A stretch of 64,000 nt of DNA from a virus, in the IMG/VR virus record IMGVR_UViG_3300042907_001269, positions 22,908 through 86,907 of that record; one strand, given 5' to 3'. Below the pieces are notes generated by a model. That model did not search any database. It was not told the DNA's origin and worked only from the letters and a program-made list of their open reading frames with translations. Shown piece by piece: positions 21,666 through 32,060 of the stretch. Position 1 is the stretch's first letter, and each line of letters begins with the position of its first letter. The position numbers were made by a program, and so were the translations under genes.

Positions 21666-24600
21666 ATGGCAAATTCGGATAAAGATATTCTTATAACCCC
21701 AAGTATAGGATCTACTAATACGGATCCAAAAATAGATTTTGTAGGAGCAAGTACAAATACTGGACCTTCTACTATTACTGCGGTTGTATATCCGACGAAT
21801 AATGGCACTCTAAGTTTTCAAGGAAGTGAAGGAACTCTATTTTCTATTAGTAATATCTTATCTTCTGGTTCAATCTTTAGCGTCAATCCAATCTCTGGTA
21901 TTCCGATTATTGACGTTAATGCTGACAGAACAATTGCACTAAATCCTTTTGGTGGAAATACTGGTATTGGTTCCACAAGTCCAAGAGCAAAGTTAGATGT
22001 TGTCGGTGATGTAAGAGTATCTGGTGCCTCTACTTTTGGTGGAACTCTAGAATTAGATGCCGGATTAAGAGATTTTTATGGAAATATAGGTGCCGCTGGT
22101 AGTGTCTTTATTTCTACAGGTGCCGGAGTAAGTTGGACTACTCCATTTGCGGCTGGTTTGCAAGGACTCCAAGGATTACAAGGTACTCAGGGTAATCAAG
22201 GATTACAGGGTAGACAAGGACTTCAGGGAACTCAAGGTACACAAGGTCTTCAAGGTACTTTAGGTTCTCAAGGTACACAAGGTCTTCAGGGTACTTTAGG
22301 TTCTCAAGGCACCCAAGGTCTTCAGGGTACTTTAGGTTCTCAAGGTACTCAGGGATTACAAGGTACTTTAGGTTCTCAAGGTACTCAAGGTCTCCAGGGT
22401 ACTTTAGGTTCTCAGGGTACTCAAGGACTTCAAGGTACTCAAGGACTTCAGGGTACTCAAGGTCTTCAGGGTACTCAAGGTCTTCAAGGTACTTTAGGTT
22501 CTCAAGGTACTCAAGGATTGCAGGGTACTTTAGGTTCTCAAGGTACTCAAGGATTGCAGGGTACTTTAGGTTCTCAGGGTACTCAAGGACTTCAGGGTAC
22601 TCAAGGTCTTCAGGGTACTCAAGGTCTTCAGGGTACTCAAGGATTGCAGGGTACTTTAGGTTCTCAAGGTACTCAAGGATTGCAGGGTACTTTAGGTTCT
22701 CAAGGTACTCAAGGATTGCAGGGTACTTTAGGTTCTCAAGGTACTCAAGGATTGCAGGGTACTTTAGGTTCTCAAGGTACTCAAGGTCTCCAGGGTACTT
22801 TAGGTTCTCAAGGTACTCAAGGTCTTCAGGGTAATCAAGGATTGCAGGGTAGACAAGGACTTCAGGGAACTCAAGGATTACAAGGTGCTCAAGGACTACA
22901 GGGTCTAACAGGTCCGGTAGCAGGATCTGCTAATCAAATTGTTTATAAGGATGGGTCTAATAATCCAACCGGTTCTGGTAATCTAACTTTTGATGGTACT
23001 AATCTTTATGTTGGTGGTAATGTAACGATTGGCGGAACATCGGTTCTTATTGCTTCTACCACTTTAACAGTAAAAGATAAAGATATTATTGTAGGTCTTG
23101 CTACTACTGCTGGTGGTGCCGTTATTTCAAATGATACTACAGCAAATCACGGTGGTATTGCGGTTGCTTCAACAGAGGGAAGTCCATTATTTGATATTAA
23201 TGCTGGTGTTGGTACTGATGACGTTCCATCTACATATAAACAAATTATGTGGATTAAGTCTGGTACTTTTACTGGACTGAATACTGATGCCTGGTTATTT
23301 AATTATGCGGTTGGTGTCGGCACTAATCAAGTTCCTAATGGGGTGAGACTTGCCGCTGGTGGAATTCAAGTTACTGATTTAACCGTAACTTCTCCGCAAT
23401 TAAGAATTACTGGTCTCTCTACATTTGTTCAAACTGTTGAACTAGACGCTGGATTAAGAGATTTTTATGGAAATGTAGGGGCTGCTGGTAGTGTTCTCAG
23501 TTCTACTGGTACAGGAGTAAGTTGGACTGCTCCATTTGCGGCTGGTTTGCAAGGTCTTCAGGGTACTCAAGGACTCCAAGGAACTCAGGGACTTCAGGGT
23601 AATCAAGGATTGCAGGGTAGACAAGGACTTCAAGGTACACAAGGACTTCAGGGAACTCAAGGTCTTCAGGGAACTCAAGGTCTTCAGGGTACTCAAGGAC
23701 TTCAGGGTACTCAAGGACTCCAAGGTACTTTAGGTTCTCAGGGTACTCAAGGTCTTCAAGGTACTTTAGGTTCTCAAGGCACTCAAGGTCTTCAGGGTAA
23801 TCAAGGATTGCAGGGTACTCAAGGTCTTCAGGGTAATCAAGGATTGCAGGGTAGACAAGGACTTCAAGGTACTCAAGGATTACAAGGTGCTCAAGGACTA
23901 CAAGGTACTCAAGGACTTCAGGGTCTTCAGGGTGGAAATAATGGTGGAGTAACAATACTTGATGATACTACCACAAATTCAAATTGGTATGTGGCAATAT
24001 CAAGTGTAACTTCAGGTATTCAAACCACATTAAGAGTTTCATCTACAAGACTTCAAATTAATCCTTCAACAGGGGCACTTGGAATTGGAACTGTCATTGA
24101 TGTTGTTCCTTATGATACTTTAAACTCTGGAACACTTTCTTTTGAGGGTTCTGCTGGGCAACTCTTTAGTATTACAAATAATCTAACTACTGGTTCTATC
24201 TTCTCAGTTAATGATGTTTCTGGTATTCCAAGTATTGATGTAAATGCCGATGGAACTATTCAATTAGCACCTTATGGAATTAATGAAAAAGTAGGTATTG
24301 GAACCACACTTCCAACATCAAAACTCACAGTTCAGGGTGATGTAAGAGTTTCTGGTGCTTCTACTTTTGTTGGATTAATTGAACTTGATTCATCCTTAAG
24401 AGATTTTTATGGAAATATAGGTGCCGCTGGTAGTGTCTTTATTTCTACTGGTGCCGGAGTTAGTTGGACTACTCCATTTGCTGCTGGATTACAAGGATTA
24501 CAAGGTAATCAAGGATTACAAGGTAATCAAGGATTGCAGGGTAGACAAGGACTTCAGGGAACTCAAGGTCTTCAGGGTACTTTAGGTTCTCAGGGATTAC

Positions 24601-26009
24601 AAGGTACTTTAGGTTCTCAAGGTACACAAGGACTTCAAGGTCTTCAGGGTACTCAAGGTACACAAGGACTTCAAGGACTTCAAGGATTACAAGGTACTCA
24701 AGGACTTCAGGGTACTTTAGGTTCTCAGGGTACTCAGGGATTACAGGGTACTTTAGGTTCTCAGGGTACACAAGGACTTCAAGGTAATCAAGGATTGCAG
24801 GGTAGACAAGGACTTCAGGGCACTTTAGGTTCTCAGGGTACTCAGGGATTACAAGGTACTTTAGGTTCTCAGGGTACTCAGGGATTACAAGGTACTTTAG
24901 GTTCTCAGGGTACTCAGGGATTACAAGGTACTTTAGGTTCTCAGGGAACTCAAGGATTACAAGGTACTTTAGGTTCTCAGGGTACTCAAGGTCTCCAAGG
25001 TACTTTAGGTTCTCAAGGTACTCAGGGATTACAGGGTACTTTAGGTTCTCAAGGTACTCAGGGATTACAAGGTACTTTAGGTTCTCAGGGTACTCAAGGT
25101 CTCCAAGGTACTTTAGGTTCTCAAGGTACTCAGGGATTACAAGGTAATCAAGGATTGCAGGGTAGGCAAGGTCTTCAGGGTACTTTAGGTTCTCAAGGTA
25201 CTCAAGGATTACAAGGTACTTTAGGTTCTCAAGGTACACAAGGACTTCAGGGAACTCAAGGTCTCCAGGGTACTTTAGGTTCTCAGGGAACTCAAGGATT
25301 ACAAGGTCTAACAGGTCCAGTAGCTGGTTCTGCCAATCAAGTCGTCTATAAGGATGGTACTAATACTGCAACCGGTTCTGCTAATCTTACTTTTAATGGT
25401 ACTACTTTAACTGCTACTCAGATAGATTTAAGTGCTAGTGGAACTGCAAGTGATTCTGTTCTTTACTTATCCGGTACTCCAACTAGTTCAAGTGGCACAA
25501 ATGGTCTCTTAGGTATAGGTCAACTTAACTTCTCTGATACTGATATTATTGCTAATTTTGTTCATAGTGTCAATAGTTATGCACAAGTAGTTGTTCAGAA
25601 TAAAAATAGTGGATCTACATCTTCTGCAGATGTTATTGTTAATAATGACCGTGCCGCAGGAACAACTTATTTCGGTGACTTTGGAATTAATGGAACCACA
25701 TTTGCCGGTGGTGGACCATTCGGAGACCCTGATGGTACTTATCTATATTCTTCCGGAGGAACTCTTACACTAGGTTCTCAGGGAGCATATAATGTTAAAG
25801 TTGCTTCAAATAATACAGAAAGAGTTACGATTCTGAGTACTGGTAATGTTGGTATAGGAACCGCAAGTCCATCATTCACGGCAGATATTGCTGGTGATGC
25901 AAGAGTAACCTCAACAAACAAGATGAGATTTGGTGGAACTTCAGGAACCACTAACTTCTATATACAGTATAATTCCACGACTAACAGTTTAGACTTCGTG
26001 GCAGGATAA
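21666..26009 (+). CDS. collagen-like fibre protein 2 (1447 aa)
   Basis: Starts MANSDKDILITP; three G-X-Q/GTLGSQ blocks; shares the [20 protein letters not shown] module with the 9717 gene. TAAATA at 21638. Confidence 0.85.
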   Translation: MANSDKDILITPSIGSTNTDPKIDFVGASTNTGPSTITAVVYPTNNGTLSFQGSEGTLFSISNILSSGSIFSVNPISGIPIIDVNADRTIALNPFGGNTGIGSTSPRAKLDVVGDVRVSGASTFGGTLELDAGLRDFYGNIGAAGSVFISTGAGVSWTTPFAAGLQGLQGLQGTQGNQGLQGRQGLQGTQGTQGLQGTLGSQGTQGLQGTLGSQGTQGLQGTLGSQGTQGLQGTLGSQGTQGLQGTLGSQGTQGLQGTQGLQGTQGLQGTQGLQGTLGSQGTQGLQGTLGSQGTQGLQGTLGSQGTQGLQGTQGLQGTQGLQGTQGLQGTLGSQGTQGLQGTLGSQGTQGLQGTLGSQGTQGLQGTLGSQGTQGLQGTLGSQGTQGLQGNQGLQGRQGLQGTQGLQGAQGLQGLTGPVAGSANQIVYKDGSNNPTGSGNLTFDGTNLYVGGNVTIGGTSVLIASTTLTVKDKDIIVGLATTAGGAVISNDTTANHGGIAVASTEGSPLFDINAGVGTDDVPSTYKQIMWIKSGTFTGLNTDAWLFNYAVGVGTNQVPNGVRLAAGGIQVTDLTVTSPQLRITGLSTFVQTVELDAGLRDFYGNVGAAGSVLSSTGTGVSWTAPFAAGLQGLQGTQGLQGTQGLQGNQGLQGRQGLQGTQGLQGTQGLQGTQGLQGTQGLQGTQGLQGTLGSQGTQGLQGTLGSQGTQGLQGNQGLQGTQGLQGNQGLQGRQGLQGTQGLQGAQGLQGTQGLQGLQGGNNGGVTILDDTTTNSNWYVAISSVTSGIQTTLRVSSTRLQINPSTGALGIGTVIDVVPYDTLNSGTLSFEGSAGQLFSITNNLTTGSIFSVNDVSGIPSIDVNADGTIQLAPYGINEKVGIGTTLPTSKLTVQGDVRVSGASTFVGLIELDSSLRDFYGNIGAAGSVFISTGAGVSWTTPFAAGLQGLQGNQGLQGNQGLQGRQGLQGTQGLQGTLGSQGLQGTLGSQGTQGLQGLQGTQGTQGLQGLQGLQGTQGLQGTLGSQGTQGLQGTLGSQGTQGLQGNQGLQGRQGLQGTLGSQGTQGLQGTLGSQGTQGLQGTLGSQGTQGLQGTLGSQGTQGLQGTLGSQGTQGLQGTLGSQGTQGLQGTLGSQGTQGLQGTLGSQGTQGLQGTLGSQGTQGLQGNQGLQGRQGLQGTLGSQGTQGLQGTLGSQGTQGLQGTQGLQGTLGSQGTQGLQGLTGPVAGSANQVVYKDGTNTATGSANLTFNGTTLTATQIDLSASGTASDSVLYLSGTPTSSSGTNGLLGIGQLNFSDTDIIANFVHSVNSYAQVVVQNKNSGSTSSADVIVNNDRAAGTTYFGDFGINGTTFAGGGPFGDPDGTYLYSSGGTLTLGSQGAYNVKVASNNTERVTILSTGNVGIGTASPSFTADIAGDARVTSTNKMRFGGTSGTTNFYIQYNSTTNSLDFVAG
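22155..25320 (+). repeat. three collagen repeat blocks (approximately 22155-22917, 23544-23934, 24486-25320), including 36-bp GTLGSQGTQGLQ units
   Basis: Tandem ggtactttaggttctcaaggtactcaagg... repeats. Confidence 0.93.
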
Positions 26010-26013
26010 TATT

Positions 26014-28302
26014 ATGCCAGATATTGTAGGAAGATTAGACCAATACGCATCTATAGTCGCATATGAGTTTGATGATTACTCTATGAGTGAGAATTTAGTT
26101 TCATACTCTACATACAATACAGCTACTTGGGTTAATAATTTTCCTGCAGGAGCAACATTAACTACAGGAATTGATGCACCTGATGGAACAACTACTGCAG
26201 TTAGATTTACTTGCAACAATACAACAAATGCATTGTTGAGAGTAAATATACCTTCACTTACTCCTAATGGAACTGATACTTATATAACAAGTTTTTATGT
26301 AAGAAAAATTAGTGGAACAGGTAGTGCTTTTACAGATTTGGGTGATGGAAATCCCTCTGCGGATTATTCATCACAATTAGTTACTAATCAATGGGTAAGA
26401 GTGACTGTAAGTGGAGTTCCAACAGCAACTGCAAAAACTTTCTTAGATTTGTTTTCCGACAATAATACAAATTATGTTTTAGATTTTTGGGGAGTTCAAT
26501 TAGAAAAAAGTTCATTGGTAACTGATTATACCCCAACATCAGGCACAGCAATTAGTAGAGTTCTGGCATCAACAACCAACACAAACATCACAGGACTTGG
26601 AACATATTATAGTTCTGGATTTAGTGAAAATGTAGGTGCTGCAACTACACTCACCGCAAATGTCTTTCCACCTTATGACTTAGTATATGATGAGTTTGGA
26701 GGAACTTTCTTTGGTGCGGGGCAAGGAAGATATATGAGACAAAATACTGATAAGTCTGTGATTGTTTATAATGAAATTAATGAGATGGATTTATTTGTAA
26801 CTGATGTTACTACTAGTGGAATGCAACTGTATATTGATGCCGGAATTTCTACAAGTGTTACTCAAATTGCCGCAGTAAGTCAGGAATTATATACTACACC
26901 GGGAACTTATACCTTTGTTGTACCTGCCGGTTATACTTCAATCTCTGCCGTTTGTGTCGGTGGAGGTGGTGGAGGTGGAAATGATACTGACCCAGAAGAA
27001 CCAGGTTCTGGTGGCGGCGGCGGCGGGCTTGCATATCAAGCATCTATTGCCGTTACTCCCGGAGAAAGTCTTACAGTTGTGGTTGGTTCTGGTGGAGGTT
27101 CCAATACTGCTGGTGGGCAATCTAGAATTCATAGGAGTGGAACAAATTTAGTTGCCGCAAATGGAGGTGGCGCCGGGCAAAGTCCAGACAATGGAAATGC
27201 CGGTGGTACTGGAGGAACTGTAGTTGTTGGTACTGGAGGTGCCGGTGGTGCTGGCGGGGCAACTGCTGATGGAAATACTCAAGGTGCTGGCGGTGGTGGT
27301 GCCGGTGGTTATTCTGGAACTGGCGGAACAGGTCAAGATGGTGACTTAACTCCTGCTTCTACTAATGGTTCTGGCGGAGGCGGTGGCGGTGGTGGACAAA
27401 ATGCCGGTGGTGGAGGTGTAGGTATACTTGGTGCTGGTACTAGTGGGAATGGAAGTGGAGCTGGAACCGGAGGTCTTGCCGGTTCTAGTGGCACTAATGG
27501 TAGTAACTCTGGTACACTTAATGGTGCTGGTGGTGCTTATGGTGGTGGTGGTGCCGGTGCTGCCGGTGGAGATACTCCAGGTAGTGGTGCAAATGGTGCC
27601 GTAAGAATTATCTATGGTGCTGGTAGGTCTTATCCTTCAACTAATGTCACCGATCAATCTTCACCTGCTTATTTCACCATAGCAGACTTAAGTGGAAATG
27701 GAAGAACCGCAAGTACTGTACCTTTAGGTGAACCAACATATTCTTCAATCATACGAGAGGGTTCAGTAGCATTTGATGGTACAAATGATTATATGACCAT
27801 CAGTGGATATAAAGGAATAACCGGAACAGGAGCAAGAACATCAATCATCTGGTTCAGAGCAAGGGTGCCAAACATTGCGTATCGTCTTTTTGGTTGGGGT
27901 ACTACTGCGACTGGAGGTAAATGGAATGTATCATTAGATGCGACAACATTTAGACCAAGAGTAGAAATTGCCACCGGAAGTGTTCTTGCCAATACAAGTG
28001 CTCCTAATGTTACGAATGGTGCATGGTATATGATTGCGGCATCGGCACCTGCTAGTGGAACTGCAAGTAGTATTAAACTTTATATTGATGGTTATTTGGT
28101 AACTGATACGACGGTAACTTCTGGAGCAACGGCAATTAATACTGTCTCGGGTTCTGATGTGTCTTTTGGTGCTTCTCTTGCGGATGCCGCACCAGGATAT
28201 TTGAATGGAAATGTGGCACAATTTCTGACTTATAATCGTCAATTAACGGACTTGGAAATACTTCAGATATATAAGATTATAACAAACCGCTTCTGGTTGT
28301 AG
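26014..28302 (+). CDS. mosaic adhesin: spike/fibre-like domain, glycine-rich domain and LamG domain
   Basis: APDGTTTA...WGVQLE, then YTTPGTYTFVVP..VCVGGGGGG polyglycine region, then DLSGNG..FDGTNDY..YNRQLT. Confidence 0.75.
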   Translation: MPDIVGRLDQYASIVAYEFDDYSMSENLVSYSTYNTATWVNNFPAGATLTTGIDAPDGTTTAVRFTCNNTTNALLRVNIPSLTPNGTDTYITSFYVRKISGTGSAFTDLGDGNPSADYSSQLVTNQWVRVTVSGVPTATAKTFLDLFSDNNTNYVLDFWGVQLEKSSLVTDYTPTSGTAISRVLASTTNTNITGLGTYYSSGFSENVGAATTLTANVFPPYDLVYDEFGGTFFGAGQGRYMRQNTDKSVIVYNEINEMDLFVTDVTTSGMQLYIDAGISTSVTQIAAVSQELYTTPGTYTFVVPAGYTSISAVCVGGGGGGGNDTDPEEPGSGGGGGGLAYQASIAVTPGESLTVVVGSGGGSNTAGGQSRIHRSGTNLVAANGGGAGQSPDNGNAGGTGGTVVVGTGGAGGAGGATADGNTQGAGGGGAGGYSGTGGTGQDGDLTPASTNGSGGGGGGGGQNAGGGGVGILGAGTSGNGSGAGTGGLAGSSGTNGSNSGTLNGAGGAYGGGGAGAAGGDTPGSGANGAVRIIYGAGRSYPSTNVTDQSSPAYFTIADLSGNGRTASTVPLGEPTYSSIIREGSVAFDGTNDYMTISGYKGITGTGARTSIIWFRARVPNIAYRLFGWGTTATGGKWNVSLDATTFRPRVEIATGSVLANTSAPNVTNGAWYMIAASAPASGTASSIKLYIDGYLVTDTTVTSGATAINTVSGSDVSFGASLADAAPGYLNGNVAQFLTYNRQLTDLEILQIYKIITNRFWL

Positions 28303-28343
28303 TTTAGTTTATCTCATAAATATAAAAAAGGTATTCGCTAATA

Positions 28344-31169
28344 ATGGCAAGACAGGTATTACTTGAAACTGGATATACATTTACTCCTGCTACAAAGACT
28401 GTAGTTATTCCTCGTGCAACTCCGAGAGAACGATTGATACTGATTACGAATGTAACAACTAATCAGGTAATTTATAACTTTTCAGACTCAAATCTGACGG
28501 CAACTTCTTATACAATTGATGGAAATGCCGATACTACGACAGTAGTTTTGAATTATAATACTACTGGAATGCTATCAACTCATAAACTCCAGTTTGTTGT
28601 AGATGACCACGAGCAATATATAACTCCATCAGAAACTCTGATGGACCCTGTGGGTAAGATGAGAATTTCTAATCCACAGTCACTAATTGATACTGACTTT
28701 GAGTATGGAACTCAACCCACCAAATGGGAAACTACCACACTATTAAGCAATCGCCCAAGTGCTTTTTATGATGCAACATCACCTATTACAATTACTAACA
28801 TCGCAGGAGCAGGAACTAGAACTGTTACGGTAACATCAACCGCAAACCCAGGTGTTGGTGTTCCTATCTTTGTTCAGGACGCAACAGACCCAATTGCAAA
28901 TGGTTGGCAACTTACAGAAACAAGTGCCGCAGGAAACTTTACTTATGTTGCCAGAGCAAACGTAGTAAACGCAACAATTTTTGATGCCTCAAAGACTTAT
29001 GTTTATTCTGGAAGTTTCTTTACTGGTTCTGCAATTCCAGTAAGTGCAACTGGTGGTGCTGCATTTACTAACTCTGGAACCACAGTTACTTGTACAACTA
29101 CTGGTCCTCATGGTTTTTCTATTGGTGATGGTATTTTTGTAAGAAATACAACAGCAGCAACATCTAATCCACCGAATGGAGCATTTTTTGTTGCTACCAT
29201 ACCAACATCAAATACCTTCACTTTTATTGCCGATGTTGCACCATCAGGACAAATCACAGCAACTGGCGGGACACAAAATCTTTATGCAAGACCTTACACT
29301 TCATCTATTCACAGACCTTATGATGGTGGTGTAAGTTTTAGTTCGGGAACTCCATATCATAATAATCAACTGATTCGTCAGACAAGAAGATACTTCCGTT
29401 ATCAGTCTGGTAAAGGTGTTCAGTTCAGTACTGGTACAAACCTCAAAGCAGGATTTTCTGTTGATAATGTTACTTCATCTGGAACTACTGTTACTGTAAC
29501 CTGTAAGTTTCCACATAACTTAGGTCCGGGAGCATCTGTTATTGTATCTGGTGCTGACCAAGCGGCATATAACGGAACATTTACCGTAGCAACAGTTCCA
29601 ACTGATTTAACATTTACTTACACCGCTGGTTCAACACCAGCATCATCTCCAGCAACAGGATTTCCCATTAATGTTTCGCCATTCGCCTGGTATGGTTCCA
29701 GAATTCGTATTGGAATGTTTGATGAGCAAAATGGATTTTTCTTTGAGCACGATGGTCAAACTTTATACGCAGTAAGACGTTCAAGTACAGAACAACTATC
29801 AGGTGGAGTATCAGTTACTGCAGGTTCTGCAACAATTACTGGAACAAATACCAAGTTTTCTTCTCAACTCAAACCAGGAGATTATGTAGTTATTCGTGGA
29901 ATGTCATATCTAGTTCTCACGATTGCTAGTGACACTTCTATGTTTGTTTCTCCAGAATACAGAGGAACTACGATTTCAAGTGGTGCCATAATTATAACAA
30001 AGAGAATTGATACACGAGTTGCTCAATCTCAATTCAATATTGATAAGTGTGATGGAACTGGACCATCAGGATTTAATCTGGATTTGAACAAGATGCAGAT
30101 GATTTATATGGATTATTCCTGGTATGGTGCAGGAGCAATTCGTTATGGATTCAAGAACCAAAGAGGTGAAGTCATTTATTGTCATAGAACACCAAATGCA
30201 AACTTCAGAACCGAAGCATATATGCGTTCTGGAAACCTTCCATCAAGATATGAGTGTAATACAATTCCACCAATTACGTATTTGACTGCAACATTAACAT
30301 CTGGTGTTACCGCATCTATGTCGGTAAATGATACTTCATTATTCCCATCTTCTGGAACTCTTGTAGTAAGAGCGGCAGGAGGAACTGGAGCAGCAGTAGA
30401 ATACATTAATTATACTGGTAAAACCGCAACTACATTTACAACTCTAACGAGAAATGTCACCAACCTAACTGGTCCTGGTGGTCTTACTGGTGGTGGTGGA
30501 ACCGCATCTGCAACCACATTTACCTTTAGTGCAACAGCACCAGTTTCAGTTGAACTTCATGCACCTCAAACATCTGCAACAATTGCACACTGGGGTTCTT
30601 CGGTCATTATGGATGGAGGATTTGATGATGATAAATCGTTCATATTTACTTCGGGTATGAATACCGCACTAAGTATTGCTGCTGGAGCAACAAATGCTCT
30701 TATTTCTCTTCGTCTTTCTCCGAGTGTTGATTCTGGTCTGACTGGAGTACTGGGAGCAAGAGATTTAATTAACCGAATGCAATTAACTCTTCGAGAAATT
30801 GGAGCGGTTGCAAGTGCTAACTTTAGAATTGCTCTGATTTTAAATGGAAGAGTAAGTGCCGGAACTTTCGCTTCCGCTGGTGGTTCATCTCTTTCTCAGA
30901 TTTGCGTACATACCGGAACTACAACTGTGACTGGTGGAGAACAAATTTATTCATTCTTCGTTCCAAATGGAGTTAACTCAAAAGAACTCAATCTTGTTCG
31001 TGACCTTGGAAATTCTATTTTAGGTGGAGGAACTGTATTGACTGTTCCGACAACCGTAAATAATGTTTATCCGGATGGACCTGATATGGTGACTATTGTT
31101 GCAACTAATCTTGCGGGAACTTCTCAAACAATCAATGCAAGACTTTCTTGGACGGAGGCACAGGCATAA
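28344..31169 (+). CDS. large virion structural protein (tail/baseplate-associated)
   Basis: ERLILITNVT.NQVIYNF, RISNPQSLIDTDFEYG, RQTRRYFRYQSGKG, YSWYGAG. TAAATA at 28317. Confidence 0.7.
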   Translation: MARQVLLETGYTFTPATKTVVIPRATPRERLILITNVTTNQVIYNFSDSNLTATSYTIDGNADTTTVVLNYNTTGMLSTHKLQFVVDDHEQYITPSETLMDPVGKMRISNPQSLIDTDFEYGTQPTKWETTTLLSNRPSAFYDATSPITITNIAGAGTRTVTVTSTANPGVGVPIFVQDATDPIANGWQLTETSAAGNFTYVARANVVNATIFDASKTYVYSGSFFTGSAIPVSATGGAAFTNSGTTVTCTTTGPHGFSIGDGIFVRNTTAATSNPPNGAFFVATIPTSNTFTFIADVAPSGQITATGGTQNLYARPYTSSIHRPYDGGVSFSSGTPYHNNQLIRQTRRYFRYQSGKGVQFSTGTNLKAGFSVDNVTSSGTTVTVTCKFPHNLGPGASVIVSGADQAAYNGTFTVATVPTDLTFTYTAGSTPASSPATGFPINVSPFAWYGSRIRIGMFDEQNGFFFEHDGQTLYAVRRSSTEQLSGGVSVTAGSATITGTNTKFSSQLKPGDYVVIRGMSYLVLTIASDTSMFVSPEYRGTTISSGAIIITKRIDTRVAQSQFNIDKCDGTGPSGFNLDLNKMQMIYMDYSWYGAGAIRYGFKNQRGEVIYCHRTPNANFRTEAYMRSGNLPSRYECNTIPPITYLTATLTSGVTASMSVNDTSLFPSSGTLVVRAAGGTGAAVEYINYTGKTATTFTTLTRNVTNLTGPGGLTGGGGTASATTFTFSATAPVSVELHAPQTSATIAHWGSSVIMDGGFDDDKSFIFTSGMNTALSIAAGATNALISLRLSPSVDSGLTGVLGARDLINRMQLTLREIGAVASANFRIALILNGRVSAGTFASAGGSSLSQICVHTGTTTVTGGEQIYSFFVPNGVNSKELNLVRDLGNSILGGGTVLTVPTTVNNVYPDGPDMVTIVATNLAGTSQTINARLSWTEAQA

Positions 31170-31172
31170 GAA

Positions 31173-32060
31173 ATGGCAAAACTCAAAGGTGGTACAAGAA
31201 TATATGGTGATATTAAGATTGATGGTGGAATTTATGATAGTTCCAATCAAATTGGCATCGGTGGTTCTGTATTAATATCTACCGGAGTTGGTATTGCTTG
31301 GACAACTGGGTCTGGAGGTGCTCAAGGTGCTCAAGGACTCCAAGGTAGACAAGGACTCCAAGGAACTCAGGGTCTTCAGGGAACTCAAGGTCTTCAGGGA
31401 ACTCAAGGTCTTCAGGGTAATCAAGGATTACAGGGTAGACAAGGACTTCAGGGAACTCAAGGTACTCAAGGTCTTCAGGGTACTTTAGGTTCTCAAGGTA
31501 CACAAGGTCTACAAGGTCTTTCTAATCAAGGTGTTCAAGGACTTCAAGGAAGACAAGGACAACAAGGTGTACAAGGTATAAGTAACCAAGGTGTTCAAGG
31601 TGCTGCTGCCGGTGGAGGAGGTTCTATTACTGTTAGTGACGATAATTCAACAAATGCTACAAGATATCCAGTATTTGAAGATGTAACTTCTGGAACTAGT
31701 AGCACTATTAATGTTGCTTCAACTAAACTTACATTTAACCCATCTACAGGAACATTATCGGCAACAGTATTCACATCACTCTCTGATGAAACTCAAAAAA
31801 CCAACATAACACCAATTGCAAATGCTCTTGATTTAGTAATGCAAATGAATGGTGTTCGTTATGACTGGACAGATGGACACAATACGGGTTCTATTGGTGT
31901 AATTGCACAAGAAATGGAAAGAATTATTCCAGAAGTTGTAAGCACTAATGATAGAGGATTGAAAACAGTTTCTTATGGAAACCTTGTTGGTGTATTGATT
32001 GAAGCAATCAAAGAACAGCAAATTAGAATTGAAGAACTGGAAAGAAAGTTAGATGCCTAA
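31173..32060 (+). CDS. short collagen-like fibre with a peptidase S74 intramolecular chaperone
   Basis: G-X-Q block, then SDETQKTNI..ALD..GVIAQE..VSYGNLVGVLIEAIKEQQ. Confidence 0.88.
   Translation: MAKLKGGTRIYGDIKIDGGIYDSSNQIGIGGSVLISTGVGIAWTTGSGGAQGAQGLQGRQGLQGTQGLQGTQGLQGTQGLQGNQGLQGRQGLQGTQGTQGLQGTLGSQGTQGLQGLSNQGVQGLQGRQGQQGVQGISNQGVQGAAAGGGGSITVSDDNSTNATRYPVFEDVTSGTSSTINVASTKLTFNPSTGTLSATVFTSLSDETQKTNITPIANALDLVMQMNGVRYDWTDGHNTGSIGVIAQEMERIIPEVVSTNDRGLKTVSYGNLVGVLIEAIKEQQIRIEELERKLDA

Noticed and set aside
10411-25239. Long alternative-frame and antisense ORFs (VFRVLKE.., LEYPEDL.., STLKTL..)
   Set aside because: These are shadows of the 9-bp collagen repeat, which lacks stops in other frames. 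They have no RBS or independent features.
10446-25320. CRISPR array or satellite DNA
   Set aside because: The repeats are in-frame codon triplets with wobble variation and no unique spacers.
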